A DNA stretch of 64,000 nucleotides from the human T2T-CHM13v2.0 reference genome, Homo sapiens, in assembly GCF_009914755.1 (NCBI RefSeq), contig NC_060941.1; one strand, written 5' to 3'. The notes beneath the pieces were generated by a model that worked only from the letters and a program-made list of their open reading frames with translations, had not been told where the DNA came from and searched no databases. The position numbers and the translations under genes were made by a program. Each line of letters starts with the position of its first letter. Position 1 is the stretch's first letter. Shown here one piece after another: positions 1 to 21,130 of the stretch.

Positions 1-746
<746 letters not shown>

Positions 747-1016
747 TAGAGAGCTCTAAGTGTCCTGCGTAAAGTTACAAAAATCACCGAGATGACCCCC
801 AAATGTAACTATCCAAAATGGGGAGACAGGGAGGGGTATCAGGCATGAGAAAGGATCAGAGCATCAAATCCTCATTTGTCATTGACATGGGGTAAAATCT
901 AGAAACTGATTTAAACAGATTACTTGGAAATAGAGAAAACTACCAGAAGAATTAAAAACAGGGTCAATTAAAACCATGGCACGGAAGGAATGAGAGGGGT
1001 AGAGGAGAAAACTACT

Positions 1017-1022
1017 TTTATT
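1017..1022 (-). terminator. Candidate proximal polyadenylation signal (AATAAA) of AIPL1
   Basis: tttatt on +, ~180 nt past the stop codon. Confidence 0.6.
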
Positions 1023-1200
1023 CATAAGCTCTTCTGTACCCTTGGGATTGTTTTTTTTTTTTTTTACCATGGGTGTGTCTGACTTTGATTTCAAAAATTA
1101 ATTTTAAATTTTAAAAAGTGACACCACGATCCTGGTCAATCGAACCAGAAGTGACCAGGCCACTTGCTCCCTGCCTGGGTGGCTGTGGGCCTCAGGGGGC

Positions 1201-1662
<462 letters not shown>

Positions 1663-2329
1663 TCAGCCCCGCCATGATCCTTAACCTCTCTGTATCCCCC
1701 ATCCCTCGGTTTCCTCAACTGTAAGATGGAGATGATGATCATAATAGCAGTACCTCCTCCTCTCCTTTTTAAGGCCCTGTGAGTAATTTTATATTCATAA
1801 CTTTGTTTTATTTTTCTTATAGACGCTACCTAAATTAGATAACCTTCAGGCCCTTTCCCTGCACCTCCCTCATATGGTGATTATGAGGATTATGAGGATT
1901 AAATGAGATAATAAACGCAGACGACGTGTGCCTGATGCATGAGCCAGGGGCTGGATGTTTTTACTGTGAGCACGATTCGAGCATTAAGTCAATACTAGTA
2001 CTGACGGTGCCATATCCTCGCAACACCAGTACTAGTACCGACATCATAATATTTTTCCCTATATTGATTGCCCCTCTTTTTTAAACGCCTGTTTACCGTT
2101 CCGCTGAAATCACAAGCTTGGCGAGCTTCCTGGGTAAGTGTTCAAACACACATTAAAATAAAGGGCCGCCCCGCGCCAAGCACTGCCCATCCATCACCCA
2201 CAATTCAGTTACACACTCGGGGAAACCCGGCTGGGTGGAGACAAGGTTTGGTGCCCTGGTGGGGTGGAAAGAAAAGTCCAGGAAGGCTATGGCAGGTGTC
2301 TCCGTGGCCCTGGGCTGGGCGCCCCCTCA

Positions 2330-2852
<523 letters not shown>

Positions 2853-3532
2853 TCAGAGACCCGAAAAACAGGACCCTGTGGCACATCTCCCTGAAGTCAT
2901 GCTTGCTGGTCAAGTGCATACAGACAAGGGAAAGAAGCAACAACGCCGAAAACCCTGCCCTAAATCAATGTCTTTGTGCAAACTAGGAAAAGGTGCCCGT
3001 TCATCAAGACACTTCACTTCTAATATTCAGAAAATTGTCACGAATACTCGTTTTGTTAGAACAATACACTATTGCCATCTGCTGGAAACTTCTCATTATG
3101 GAAATACCAATATACAATGTCTATAATGAGCACCTTGGAGGAGATGCCGGTGCACCTTGTGCAGTGCACAGACCACACAACTGTGACAGCAAGCCTGTAA
3201 GGGCCCTTGGTTGACACAGTTCTTATTTTATTTTTATTCACCCACATAGCTCTCAGGCTGAGCCTCAGTCTTGGCCATAAGCTGAGTCCTGACCTGACCT
3301 TGACCCTGGCCCTAACCCTCTCTCACCAATCCACAAACACGCACTGCCAATCACTCTGGGGCTCTGGTTGGGAGGATGTGGGGAGTTCCATGCAGCCTCT
3401 CCCGCCACTAGAGAACCAAGTCTGAACCCACAAACCACAGGAACCAAGGAGGCGGTTATAATCTCCAACTCCTGAAAATGAAAGTGGAAGTGGATAAAAT
3501 GCCTCCACAATGAAAATGAATCACATTTTTAA

Positions 3533-3856
<324 letters not shown>

Positions 3857-3943
3857 GCACCAAAGGACTTTTCTTGTGGAAAAATCAGAGGACTTTTTTT
3901 TCAAATTCGTATTCTCCCATGGCTTATGAACCCTCTCGTATTA

Positions 3944-4318
<375 letters not shown>

Positions 4319-5536
4319 TCAGAGCCCCTCCTGGGAGGAATCCTGCTCCCTCACTATGCCACTCATACTAACTGTGGTTAACTGTGTGCCAGGCAAAGCA
4401 CTTCACACTGTTATGAGCCCCTTCAATCCTTATGACAATTCAAGGCAGGCACTATTATCCCCATTTTACGGATGGGGAAACTACAGCCCAGAGACGCAAA
4501 GCAACTTGCTTAAGGTCACACAGCTAGGAAATGACGCAGCCAGGATTCAAACCTGGCTCCAGAGGCCATATGCTCTTAGCCTCCGGCTGCCTCTTCTGGC
4601 CCTTGTGGTCCACTGTAACACATCTCTGCCCCAGGGAAACCCTGACCTCTGCAAAGCCTATGACTCGCAGGAAGGGCAGTGTGGGGCAGTAGAAGGAGCA
4701 GGACTCCAGGGTCCAAGAGAGTCGCTTTGGTGTCCTGGCAGTGCTGCAGGTTAGCGGTGAGCCCAGGTCTCTGCACTTCTCTGAACCTCAGTTCCCTGGG
4801 TTGCTCCTGTTCGATATTAGGGCTGCTGTAGGGATTAAATGAGATGGTGCAGATATAGATCTGGCTCATCACAGCTTCAGCCAGCATGGGAGCTGAGTTT
4901 GCCACCCTTGGGATGAAGGAGGGCTGGGAAGATCCGCCGTGCGGCCTCAGCGAGGCCTGCTGTATGTATGCTGGGCCTCAGTTTCCCCAACTAGGCTCCC
5001 TGAGAACCCATCTCCTTGGACCGGCTTCTGAGATGACCCAGCACTGGCCCCACATGCAACATGTGAAGTGAAGGGGCTGAAACTCTATGCAGCAGTTCAG
5101 CTCTGCCTCCAGGTCACCAGCACAGAGACAGAGGTCACCCTGCCCGCCCCACCGGCCGGGATTAGCCCGAAATGCCTTCTGCCTCTTTATGGAAGAGACA
5201 AGCAGATGGCTGTTGAGCCTGTTGGGATTAGAGCTGGACCAAGGGAGGGAGAGGCCCCAGAACCAGCTTACTGCAGGGAGGGGCCACCTTTGGCCCTGAC
5301 TCAGCAGCCCCCAGCTCGGCACCCCATCGCTCCCAGCAAGCTGAGCGTGCTTTTGTGGCCCCAAAGCACACTGCCCTCACTTATTTATGTCCTGGCACTG
5401 GCTGCCCTGCATTACAATTGTTTAGGTGTCTGCTCCTCCTGCAGAATTCAAGTTCCCTAAGGGCTAGGGGCTTTGCCTGTTTCACTCCTAACATACAGCA
5501 CAGGCCAAATCAGGTGCCCAGTGAATGTTTTCTAAC

Positions 5537-5556
5537 TAGATAGGTAGGTAGGTAGG

Positions 5557-5609
<53 letters not shown>

Positions 5610-5774
5610 CACAAATGATAGGAGATAGATAGAAGATGATGGATGCATGCATAGTGACGGAAGACTGGATTATGAATGAAGATTGGTTGAAGGGAAGAAT
5701 GGATGAAATGATGCCCGGGCAGGTGGGTAGATGGATAAGAGGTGGATGTGCAGGTGAAGAACTAACTCTAGAAG

Positions 5775-5806
<32 letters not shown>
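5537..5806. repeat. (GGTA)n(GATA)n tetranucleotide array (5537-~5605) and (GT)n (5778-5806)
   Basis: Direct reading. Confidence 0.9.
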
Positions 5807-5808
<2 letters not shown>

Positions 5809-5896
5809 ATGCGTACATGCACACAATCACGGCAGCCATGGGCTGGGGTGAGGAGATGTGCGGGGCATGGAGATTAGGAAAACCCATAGTTACCAT

Positions 5897-6200
<304 letters not shown>

Positions 6201-6883
6201 CAGTTACCAGCCTGTGATATGGGCAATGCACTCATGTGACTATCAACATGGAAAAAGGAACACAGACTCCACAGGAAACAAAGAGCCATGCCCACATTAT
6301 GGGAATGACAACAGCTTGTGGTTTTGCAAACAACAAATCAATCAACTAATCAAGAATTTATTGACAGCCTTCTATGCACTCAGCTGTCATGTGTTAGCAA
6401 ACGTGTATCTTATGGAGAGGGGGCTCTTAGTGGCAGCCTTGCCTCACAAATGGCATGAATTAAAGTACAGGAGCCCCTCACTCTAAGCAAAGTCAATAGA
6501 TATATTTTTAAACTAACTGAAATCACAAAGAAGCCAATTTTTGAAGGCTTGACTTGATAAAAAATAAAACAGATTTTAAGATAAAAACATCAGAATGAAG
6601 AAAAACACAGGGACTGCTACAAAGGAAAGATGTTCAACATATATTTGCTACATGAATGAATAAATGGATAACATGTTGAGTGGGATCACCTACTGGCAGA
6701 GGATGGCACTGCAGCCCAGCTCTATTAGACACTGCAAGAAATGTGTGTAGGATGAAGAGGGAACCAGGCATCTCACCCAGATCTTTTCCCTTAACTTGTC
6801 TGAGCCATTGCAAGTTATTTTCCCTTTTGGAGTCTTAAGTTTCCCATCAGTAAAGTGAAGAAGTTAATCTCAAATTTTTTCTA

Positions 6884-7190
<307 letters not shown>

Positions 7191-7822
7191 TTCTAGCTCA
7201 AAATAATAGCTCTCATTTTTAATTGCCCTGTATTATGATCCACCCTCATATGTTATATCATGTAATCTCCAAAACAACCCCTTAACTTAGAGTTTTGTTT
7301 ATTTATAAATGAAGGAATAGAGTAGCAGACAGAAGACGGGACTACCCCAGGTCACACAACTAATGAAAGACAGAACAGAGTTCAAATTGTCCCCAAAATG
7401 CTCATTTAAAAGGTCAGTGGCCTCTGATGAAATAATGAGTCTGGGTATCTGCCACCAATGGTGAAAGTCTAGGGGGAGCTTTGGAATGGATGGATCAGGC
7501 TGTCAACACCTAAACCCACCAATCACTCTTAACATCACTGTAAAAGAGACAACCAAGTGTGATGTACGTCTCCCAAAGGGAAGTATATGGTACATCCATG
7601 GCAGACTTTTGAAAAAGAGAGAAAGAGAGAGAGAAGAATCTGAATCTTATCAGGCCCTCTAGACCCCACTTTCAATTTATCAAAAATGTGGGGAATAGAG
7701 GAGCATGTTAGACAATTCCATGGCGAAGGAACCAGGAAAATCAGAATGTGGGACTTCTACAGGATAAATGACCCAGTTCCTTCAACACTTCCATGTCAAG
7801 GAAGAAAAGAAGAAAAGAAGGA

Positions 7823-8228
<406 letters not shown>

Positions 8229-8339
8229 TTATAAAGAATAAAAGGAGTCAACCAAAGAAAATTCAACAGTGACTGGATATTAGACGGCTTTAAGGAATTA
8301 CTGGAGTTTTTAAAAGATTTCATAATGGTACAATGGTAA

Positions 8340-8621
<282 letters not shown>

Positions 8622-8979
8622 ATCCTCATATTTTAGAGATACAAATTTTAGTATTTACAGATGAAATGATATGGTGTCTGGCATTTGGTTTAACCACGCA
8701 GGACAAGGAAGGGAAGTGGGTGGGTTGGGAGATGAAGCAAGACCAGCCGCGGGTTGATGGTGGCCGGCACTGGGTGACAGGTACTCGTAAGTTCATTATT
8801 CTTTCTGTTGACTTTTGTATATGTTTGAAAGTTCCCATAAGAAACGTTGCCTAAAGGTCAGTGAGTTTTGCCATAAGGCAAGGAAGCTAACTTATAGGAG
8901 TAATTTACGGAGTGCCATAAATAGGAGGGCAAACTTGCAATGTGAGGAGGAGGGCAAAAAAGTGACCAGTGCTGCTCTA

Positions 8980-9381
<402 letters not shown>

Positions 9382-9609
9382 TGTGAGGACTGTGAAGTGG
9401 GCCAGCTCACTCCTGCTGGTCATAGCCCTGCTCCCCACCAGCCAGCCACAGCATGGGTCACCCCTTCCAGCCCTTGTTCCCTCCATCTTCACATGCACAG
9501 CGGTGGGGAATAAGTTTGCAGGACTGGCTTTGCAAAGCTTCGCTTGAGTCCCAGCTTTCCCGAAACACAGCAGCCCCGCAAAGCGGGTGGGTGAGCCCAG
9601 AAAAGACTA

Positions 9610-9822
<213 letters not shown>

Positions 9823-10080
9823 CTAGTCACCGAGACGGTGCACTCTGCTCTAGACACACTGTTCAAGGCCCGGCAGAAGCCACCCCCTTGCCACCGACAC
9901 CCAGGGCTGTCCCCAGGGTCAGCTCACTCAGTTCACCCCATCAGATGCCTCAGACCCCTGGAGCACCTCCACCCTGCCTGCACCCCCCAGGGAGGAGGGA
10001 CCCACCCCTCCCTACAGACCCCATTCCACTCCCCACAGCCCTGTGCGTCCAGAAATCCTTCCTCAAGTAAGCCCGAGTTC

Positions 10081-10383
10081 TTTTTTTTTTTTTTTTTTTT
10101 TCTGAGACAGAGTCTCACTCTGTTGCCCAGGTTGGAGTGCAGTGGTATGATCTCGGCTCACTGCAACCTCCACCTCCTGGGCTCAAGTGATTCTCCTGCC
10201 TCAGTCTCCTGAGTATCTGAACTGGGATTACAGGCGCCCAGCACATCTGGCTAATTTTTGTATTTTCAGTAGAGATGGGGTTTCACATGTTGGTCAGGCT
10301 GGTCTCGAACTCTTGACCTCATGATCTGCCCATCTTGGCCTCCCAAAGTGCTGGGATTACAGGCGGGAGCCGCCTCGCCTGGC
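10081..10383 (-). mobile_element. Alu in AIPL1 intron 1
   Basis: Alu consensus; TSD AAGCCCGA(G/A)TTC. Confidence 0.93.
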
Positions 10384-10486
10384 CAAAGCCCGAATTCTGT
10401 AGCCACAGACGCACCCTTCAGTCCAGGGAAGCCTAACAGACATTTGGGGACAAATACCAAGACTCCTCGGACTCCCTTTCTTCTCA

Positions 10487-10990
<504 letters not shown>

Positions 10991-11156
10991 GAGCCACTCG
11001 GGCCGGGCCTGTGGTCCACAGGCAGCCTCGCCTCCTATCCCATCCACCTTTGCTTCCAGTGATTCTGGGCCCCTGCCCAGGGTTGTGCTAGATTTGGCTT
11101 TTTGTTCCACCCCAAGAAGGAAAAAGGTCCGCTGAGCTTTCTTAAAGAAGACAGGG

Positions 11157-11585
<429 letters not shown>

Positions 11586-12016
11586 TCAGGAGGCCCTGCG
11601 ATGGTGGCCCAAGGCAAGAGGGGACAGGTTTCTGGCTTGGGAGAGAAGGAAGACGGAGAACGAAAGGCGGGGTGGGTTTGGGTAAAGTTGAGGCGCCCTC
11701 CGCAGCCCCGCTCCTGCCTCCCCTGCAAGGTCTGGCTGGGGGAAGGGTGGGTATCCCCTCCCCTCCCCTCCCCTCCCCTTTGGAGGCCCTTAGCCCTGTG
11801 CCCTGGGAACCAGGCAGAGTTTATTGAGGGCATCAGGGACGCCCAGAAGGGCTGGGAAACATAAATGCGAAGACCTGGTGTTTGGCACCACCGTGTGGCC
11901 AGTTCAAGCTCCTACACCTCCGCACCCTGAGGGCACTGGACTCAGCTCCACGAAACCATTCTCTTCCTGACACCAGGCTCACCGGTTGCAGAGGGAAGGG
12001 GTGCAGGACTCTGCTA

Positions 12017-12673
<657 letters not shown>

Positions 12674-13093
12674 ACTGGACTGAGCCAGATACAGCTAAGT
12701 TCAAAGGGCTGATCCTTTCCTATTTACTGACCTTGTTGCCTTGGATGTCTCTCGTTTTCTCTAACTGCATTTTCCCAACTGAAATGAGAAAATTGACCTC
12801 TCCTGCTCCTTCTCAGGGGAAGTTGGGAGGGCTGCAGCAGTGAATGGCACCCTGAAATCCAGCACTCATGAAAGTCTTGCTTCCCGTGAGGAGCCATTGG
12901 CATAGAGGAGACCAACCCTGGGCCAACTGGTCAGGGCCAGGGAATCCTGGCCAGATCCCCAAGGGTCCAGTCTCCATCCCTGGAAGGCAGAAGGCTGCTG
13001 AAAACCTTCCCCTTCCCTCTTCCATCCTTTCTCCAGCCACACGGCAACCTAGAGAGGTCTGCATGCATAGGTAAAATGGATACTTAGTAAAAC

Positions 13094-13733
13094 TAATACA
13101 GGAATTATTAAGAAATAATTTTTAGGCAGATAGTAAGGGTAAAGGTTCTTGGTGGAAATTTTCCTGCAATAAAAAACAAGCCCCCAAACCATCTCTTTTC
13201 TAACAGAAAAGGCTGCTTAAAGGGCCAGGCTGGCAAACCTTGACATGCAAATGCTGGCCATTAGAAACTGGGTTCACTCATATGGCGATTCCTGCTGTCT
13301 TTTCCCTGTCACCAGGTGTACCGAGTGTCGTGGCCACCTCCAGATAACACCTTGTGTTCAGAACATCATAGCGACCCACATTTGCATATTAAAGGACTAA
13401 GGTGGGAAGGCCAGGTGTTTTGCGGGGTTTGTAAATGACACACCTGGTCAAACCAATCCCCTGGGCCCTATGGAAATCAGACACCACCTCCTCAGCCTCC
13501 TCATATAAGCAGCTACTTCCCACCACCCTCACCCTAAACAGGGGGTTTTCTCTTTGTTCAAATCCCCCCCTCCCTCTGTCTCTGTATGGGGGGGCTATTC
13601 TCTTCTTCCTTCCTTCTTTCTTGCCTGTTAAACTTTTCACTCCTTAAAACTACTCCACGTATGTTCGTGTCGTTAGTCCTATTGGAGCAAGACCAAGAAC
13701 CCTGGAGTTCCTCCAGTCATCAGAGCCGTATCA
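13094..13733 (+). mobile_element. Solo ERV1 LTR (LTR9/LTR9B-like), 640 bp, TSD AAAC
   Basis: Termini TAATAC (TG mutated to TA)...GTATCA; 4-bp TSD 13090-13093 / 13734-13737; subfamily from memory. Confidence 0.8.
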
Positions 13734-13890
13734 AAACTACAAAGGAAAATAAAAGTATTTATCATAAAAGTCTAAGGAGACAGGAAGAACACACTTGTCA
13801 CTTGCGGGTGGCAAGTGTCTGCTTCTGGGATGCTGGCAGTGCTCACCCTTGACCTAGGTGATGGTTACATGGGTGTTGGCTTTATAAGTA

Positions 13891-14439
<549 letters not shown>

Positions 14440-14796
14440 TATTCATGACACTAGATTTTATGTCTTAGGCAGTTTTCTATCGGTGATATAATTCACAGTG
14501 AAAAGGATCCAATCATGTCTCTTCTCACACTTCTTAAAACTCTCCCACTGTTTCTGTTGTTTCCCTTTGTAGAGGGTCGAAGGGCACACACACATTGCAG
14601 AGATGTTTAAACAGTAGAACTGATAGATGTAGCCTGTAGCTGATTGGGGGATGTGGGGGCGAGAAGAAAAGGGGATGTTGAAGCCGATGCCAGGGGGGTT
14701 GGTTTCCCTGCTGAGAAGAATGAGGATTCACTCCTGGTCTGTGCCTGGAGTTGTGCCACAGGCTACAGACTGATGCCCCAGAAACCCTTTGCCCCC

Positions 14797-15178
14797 TGTC
14801 TTAGTTCATTTTCTGTGATTATAACTGAACACCACAGAATGCATAATTTATTTTTTTAAAAAAGACATTTATTTAGCTCATAGTTCTGGATGCTGGGAAA
14901 TCCAAGAGCATGGTGCTGGCATCTGGTGAGGGCCTTCTTGCTGCATCATAACGTGGTGGAAGGCATCACATGGTGAGAGGACAAGAGCACGCACATCAGC
15001 TCAGGTCTCCGTTCCTCTTCTTGTAAAGCCTCCAATCCTATCACAGGGTCCTACCCTGATAATATTATCTAATCCTAATGACCCTCCAAAGGTCCCACCC
15101 ATAAATATCATCAACATACGAATTTGAGGATTCGGTTTCCAACAGATGAAATTTGGGGGACACATTAAAACCATAGCT
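14797..15178 (-). mobile_element. MaLR LTR (MST/MLT1A-like)
   Basis: tgtcttagttc...ttctgga..ctgggaa.tccaag...ggggacacatt..accatagc pattern. Confidence 0.8.
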
Positions 15179-16854
15179 GCTCCCAAACCAGTCTCCTCAT
15201 GGACTTTATTAAAATGCCAATCTAATAACCTACTGCCCTCTTCAAATTCAGCAAAGAGTTGCCACCACCTTCAGGACAAATTTTAAGCTCCTTCTCTGGC
15301 CTACAGACCCTGTCTCTTGCCACCCCATCCCCTACCCTCAGCCCCTCATCTCAGCCCCACCCTTTTTGTCCAGGCTTTCCCCAGTCCTAACGCTTGGCAA
15401 TGCTCCAGACTCCCAACCACTGGCCCACTAGCTCCTCACTTCAAACACCACACATTCAGGGAAGACTACCCTGACCTCCAGCTCCTGTCAATCTCCCCAT
15501 GCCCCTTATACCCTGTCACTTCTCCCTAGCACTGCACATTCATGCTATTTTGCCCCATTGTAATTGTTTACAATGATGTGTTTAATGTCTATGTCTTCCA
15601 TCAGATTGACAGTTTCAGGAGGTCAAGGAAACTAGTGGAATGTTTGCTCTTGGACAAAGAGCCCCTGGAGAGCAGGGCTGGAGCTCCTCGTTTGTCCCCC
15701 TCCCCAACGGAGGCAAGGGTGATGCTGGATTCCCTCCCCCTCCAAAAGCCTCTGCTAGGAAAAAGTGACTGGTTTTTCCTCCTTACCAAGAACAGAAGCC
15801 AATGTACCGACCTCTGGACTAGGAGCCTCCTTCCCCTGAGTACAGCCTCCTTCCCTCCCTCCAGCCACCACTCCACGCAAGGCAAAAGGGAAAGGCTTCC
15901 CATTCATAAGAAAATGTTTCTTCCCCCTTTACTTGTTGCCATGGAGACTGTTCTTCATTAACCTGGCCTGCCAGTTACCATTCTGAGTGAGGGAAGATGG
16001 TGGAAAGCTCCAAGCAGGGAGGGCCTCTTTATGCATGCATGCATTCATTGTTTCACCCCTGATCTTAACAAAGTTGTGTAATCTAAGGGTAAGAATTCAG
16101 GCTTTGAAGTCAGTCACTGGATTTAAGCTCCAGTTCTGACATCCCATACAATCTTGGACCAGATATTTCACCTGTCTGCATCTCACTTTTGTCATCTGTA
16201 ATGGAAATAAAAAACGTACCTACTTCATAGAATTGCTTGAGGATTAAAAAAGAATAAAGAAAGTAAATGCCCTTAGCAGAGAGTCTGACACATGGTGAGG
16301 GCTCAAAAAATATAAGCTATTATTACGGATGCCTGTGACATGACAGGCACTGGGGAGGCTATTGTGATAAGACACTCCGGTTTGAGAGACTTGGCTTGTT
16401 TCTAAATGTTTCACCTTCATGGAGTCTTTCCCACACTTTCATCTTAGTTTTCATAGAAACAACAACTTTTTCTTTTCCCCCTTGGATTTCACTGGTAAAA
16501 GACATCAGTTAAATTCCTTAATTACAGTAACAAATGCAACTGTTGTAAACAGGTTTGAAAACAAGCATTTCTGACTCTTGATAAACAACTTCACTGTGAA
16601 CAAAATGGACAGGCAAACTAGAGCAATATTTTGCAAACCACAACTCATACTCCATTAGTGACTCGTAGAATGAATATAGTGGGTTGTAACCATCAAGGTT
16701 TTTTTAAATGAAATAAAAAATAAAATCTCAGGTCATATCACACATAGTCAAGTATTGTTTCATGAAACTTTTGTTTCAGTTCACGTGTGTGTGTGCTGGG
16801 TCTCTTACAGTGAATGCTGGTTCCTTAAGCGTGGTGTTCCCTGAGCCAAGAAGA

Positions 16855-16855
<1 letters not shown>

Positions 16856-16902
<47 letters not shown>
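16856..16902. repeat. (CA)n microsatellite
   Basis: Direct reading. Confidence 0.95.
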
Positions 16903-16904
<2 letters not shown>

Positions 16905-17443
16905 TCGTTGCCTGGTTAACTCATTCTCTAGGTCTCAGCTTTCAATAACATAAGTTTTGCATAGTTCTTTGATTAACTGATTATTGGTTATTTGATCCTT
17001 TCATGTCTATGTCTCCCCACACACTAGATTTGAGCTCCATGACAGTAAGGAATGTATCTGTTTTGTTGACCTTTGTGGCCCATTTTTTAGCACAGTGCTT
17101 AATGGATCACAGGCAAGAGGGAATATGGGGGAGGAGAAGGAGGATTGAGGAGACCAGGGTGACTTCAGCTAGGGTGTGTTTATCTAAGATGCCTGCAGCA
17201 TTCAAGAGGAGATGAGACCCAGGAGGTAGTTGGCTATACATGTCAGATGAGAGGCTCAAGCTGGGGGTGGAGGTGTTAGGGGCTGAGGAAGGCAGTGTGG
17301 TGTGGTGGTTAGGCACAGGGACCCTAGCCCTAGACTGATGAAGTTTGAACCCTTGGCCCTGGTGTAGACTAACTGAGTGAAATTTGGGCCCTACCAAATT
17401 CTGTATTCTCAGCTTCCTCATCAAGTGTAGGTACAATGAAGAT

Positions 17444-19133
<1,690 letters not shown>

Positions 19134-19879
19134 AGAGGATCAAATAAGTTAATAAACTGCAACACCGGTACCTGCGCATACTAAGTGCCATATACACGTT
19201 AATCATTATCATCATCCTTTCCTTGGAAATCACTGAGGCCAAAGGAGTGGGTGAGACCACCCAGAAACGGAGAGGGCTGAAGACAGAGTCTCAAGAAGCC
19301 ATCATCTCAGGCTCTTGTGCGGAGAAGTAACAAAGAAACCAGCCGGGGGAGTGGGCAGCACTGCTCTGAGGTCACCGAAAGGAGAAAGATGAGCTGGAGA
19401 GAGCTTTATAATGGCTGAATTTGTTTGGATGCTAAGGAGAAGAGAGGCAGGCATTCCGCTGGAGAGAGGGAGGGATGCGTGGGGCAAGGCGGGGGCGGGG
19501 AGCCGGTGTAGACGGGAGGAGGGCAGACCGGTACTCTGTTCTATCCCCGCTTCCGGGACGCGTTTTCTAGGGAGGGCGGAGCGTGGATGGCGAGTATGGG
19601 GAACTCAGAGAGGGACAGTGTCTTGTCACAGGAAGGGAGGGTCAGGAGGGAAATTTGAAAGAAAACGTCTCTGGGAACCCAGGGCTCTGCACTGCCAGTC
19701 CCTGGCTCCTTCTGACAAAACCACTGAGCAAGAAGGAAAAGCCAGACCCCTTGGCAGGATGAGAGGGGTCTCTGCCCGCTGCCGGGCCTGGGGCCTGGGG
19801 CCTGAGCCAGGAGGCCTAGGTCCCAGGACCTCCGCCTCCACCCCATGGGTCAGAGCAGCCTGAACCCTGTGCGCGCTCC

Positions 19880-20530
19880 AGGGAGGGGACCCGGTGTGCG
19901 ATGCGCGGGGGCTGGGCTAGCAAGGGCAGTGGCGCGAGCGGGACGCAGGATACAAAGCCCGGAGCCACGAGGCTGGCGGCGGGGCGGGGGCCGGAGCGAT
20001 GAATGGGCACGGCCGGGCCAATCCAAGCGCAGCATTTGCAGCCGCGAGAGAGGGAGCCAATCGGATCCCCGGGGCGGTGGCGGTGGCGGGGGCGGGGACG
20101 GAACCAATCAGCTGTGAGGACGGGGCCGGGGGCGGAGCCGCGCAGAGTTTCAAATCGGCTGCGGTGGGCGAGGAGCAGCTGTGCTGCGGCTGTGCTCGGC
20201 CTTAGTGGTGTCGGGTGAGTGCGGGCTGGGCACAAGTTTCGCCCTTGTTGCCCAGGCTGGAGTGCAATGGCGCGATCTGGACTCAAAACAATTTTTTTGT
20301 TCGGAGGGGAGGGCATCAGGTTCTGTTCACAGGGGAGGGCATCAGGTTCGGACACGCACGGCCTGTGGGGTCGTCTGGGTACCACAAGAAGTCGGATCGA
20401 AATCGGGGCGTCTGGTGGGAAGGCCGGGGTCTGGGCGGGTGCGCGTTTGGTCTGGGCGAGCTGGTGAAGAAGATGGTGATCGTGTCCTGGGCCCAGCGCT
20501 GAGGCTCGGCTACGGCGTATCTTGACCCTG
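19880..20530 (+). promoter_or_regulatory. PIMREG CpG-island promoter: CCAAT boxes at 20018, 20057, 20104; GC boxes; CHR (TTTGAA, reversed) at 20149-20154
   Basis: CpG-dense; multiple NF-Y boxes plus a CHR next to the TSS is the G2/M DREAM/MuvB promoter pattern. Confidence 0.88.
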
Positions 20531-20836
20531 CCTCCCCTCCTCGCCTGAGCCAGAGAGAGGAAGGAGGTTGGGATGAAAAGACAGCTGTTTTGGAAACTTG
20601 AAGGGCGGGACATCAGAAATGCTGCTGACCCGAGGCCCCTCTTCCAGGAAGCATCCTCCTTCCTGCACCCACACTTACCAACTCGCCCGCCCCCGCCACC
20701 CCGCTGCATCCCGTCTCTTCCCCTGTGTCCAGGGTCTCTGTGGGGCCTGGGAATGGGTATGGGGAATGCCTTGCTGATCTGCCTTTCGCCCTCCTCCCCA
20801 GGGTCTAGTGGACAGAGAAGACTCTTGGCCAGGCAG

Positions 20837-21130
20837 ATGGCTTCTCGGTGGCAGAACATGGGGACCTCCGTGCGCCGGAGATCTCTCCAGCACCAGGAGC
20901 AGCTGGAGGACAGCAAGGAGCTGCAGCCTGTGGTCAGCCATCAGGAGACCTCTGTAGGGGCCCTGGGGTCCCTGTGCAGACAGTTCCAAAGGAGGCTGCC
21001 CCTGAGAGCCGTCAACCTCAACCTCCGCGCAGGGCCCTCCTGGAAACGCCTGGAAACCCCAGAGCCAGGTCAGCAGGGCCTCCAGGCTGCAGCTCGCTCA
21101 GCTAAGAGTGCTTTGGGTGCCGTGTCCCAG
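20837..21130 (+). CDS. PIMREG: PIMREG exon 2 coding part (MASRWQ...GAVSQ), with D-box-like RRSL and RLPLRAVN
   Basis: Exon starts at 20802 after CCCCAG; ATG 20837; donor GTAAT at 21131; 294 nt. Confidence 0.97.

Noticed and set aside
19816-20916. 366-aa minus-strand ORF across the PIMREG promoter
   Set aside because: GC-rich CpG island depleted of stop codons; includes Alu-derived peptide ([12 protein letters not shown]); no recognisable domain
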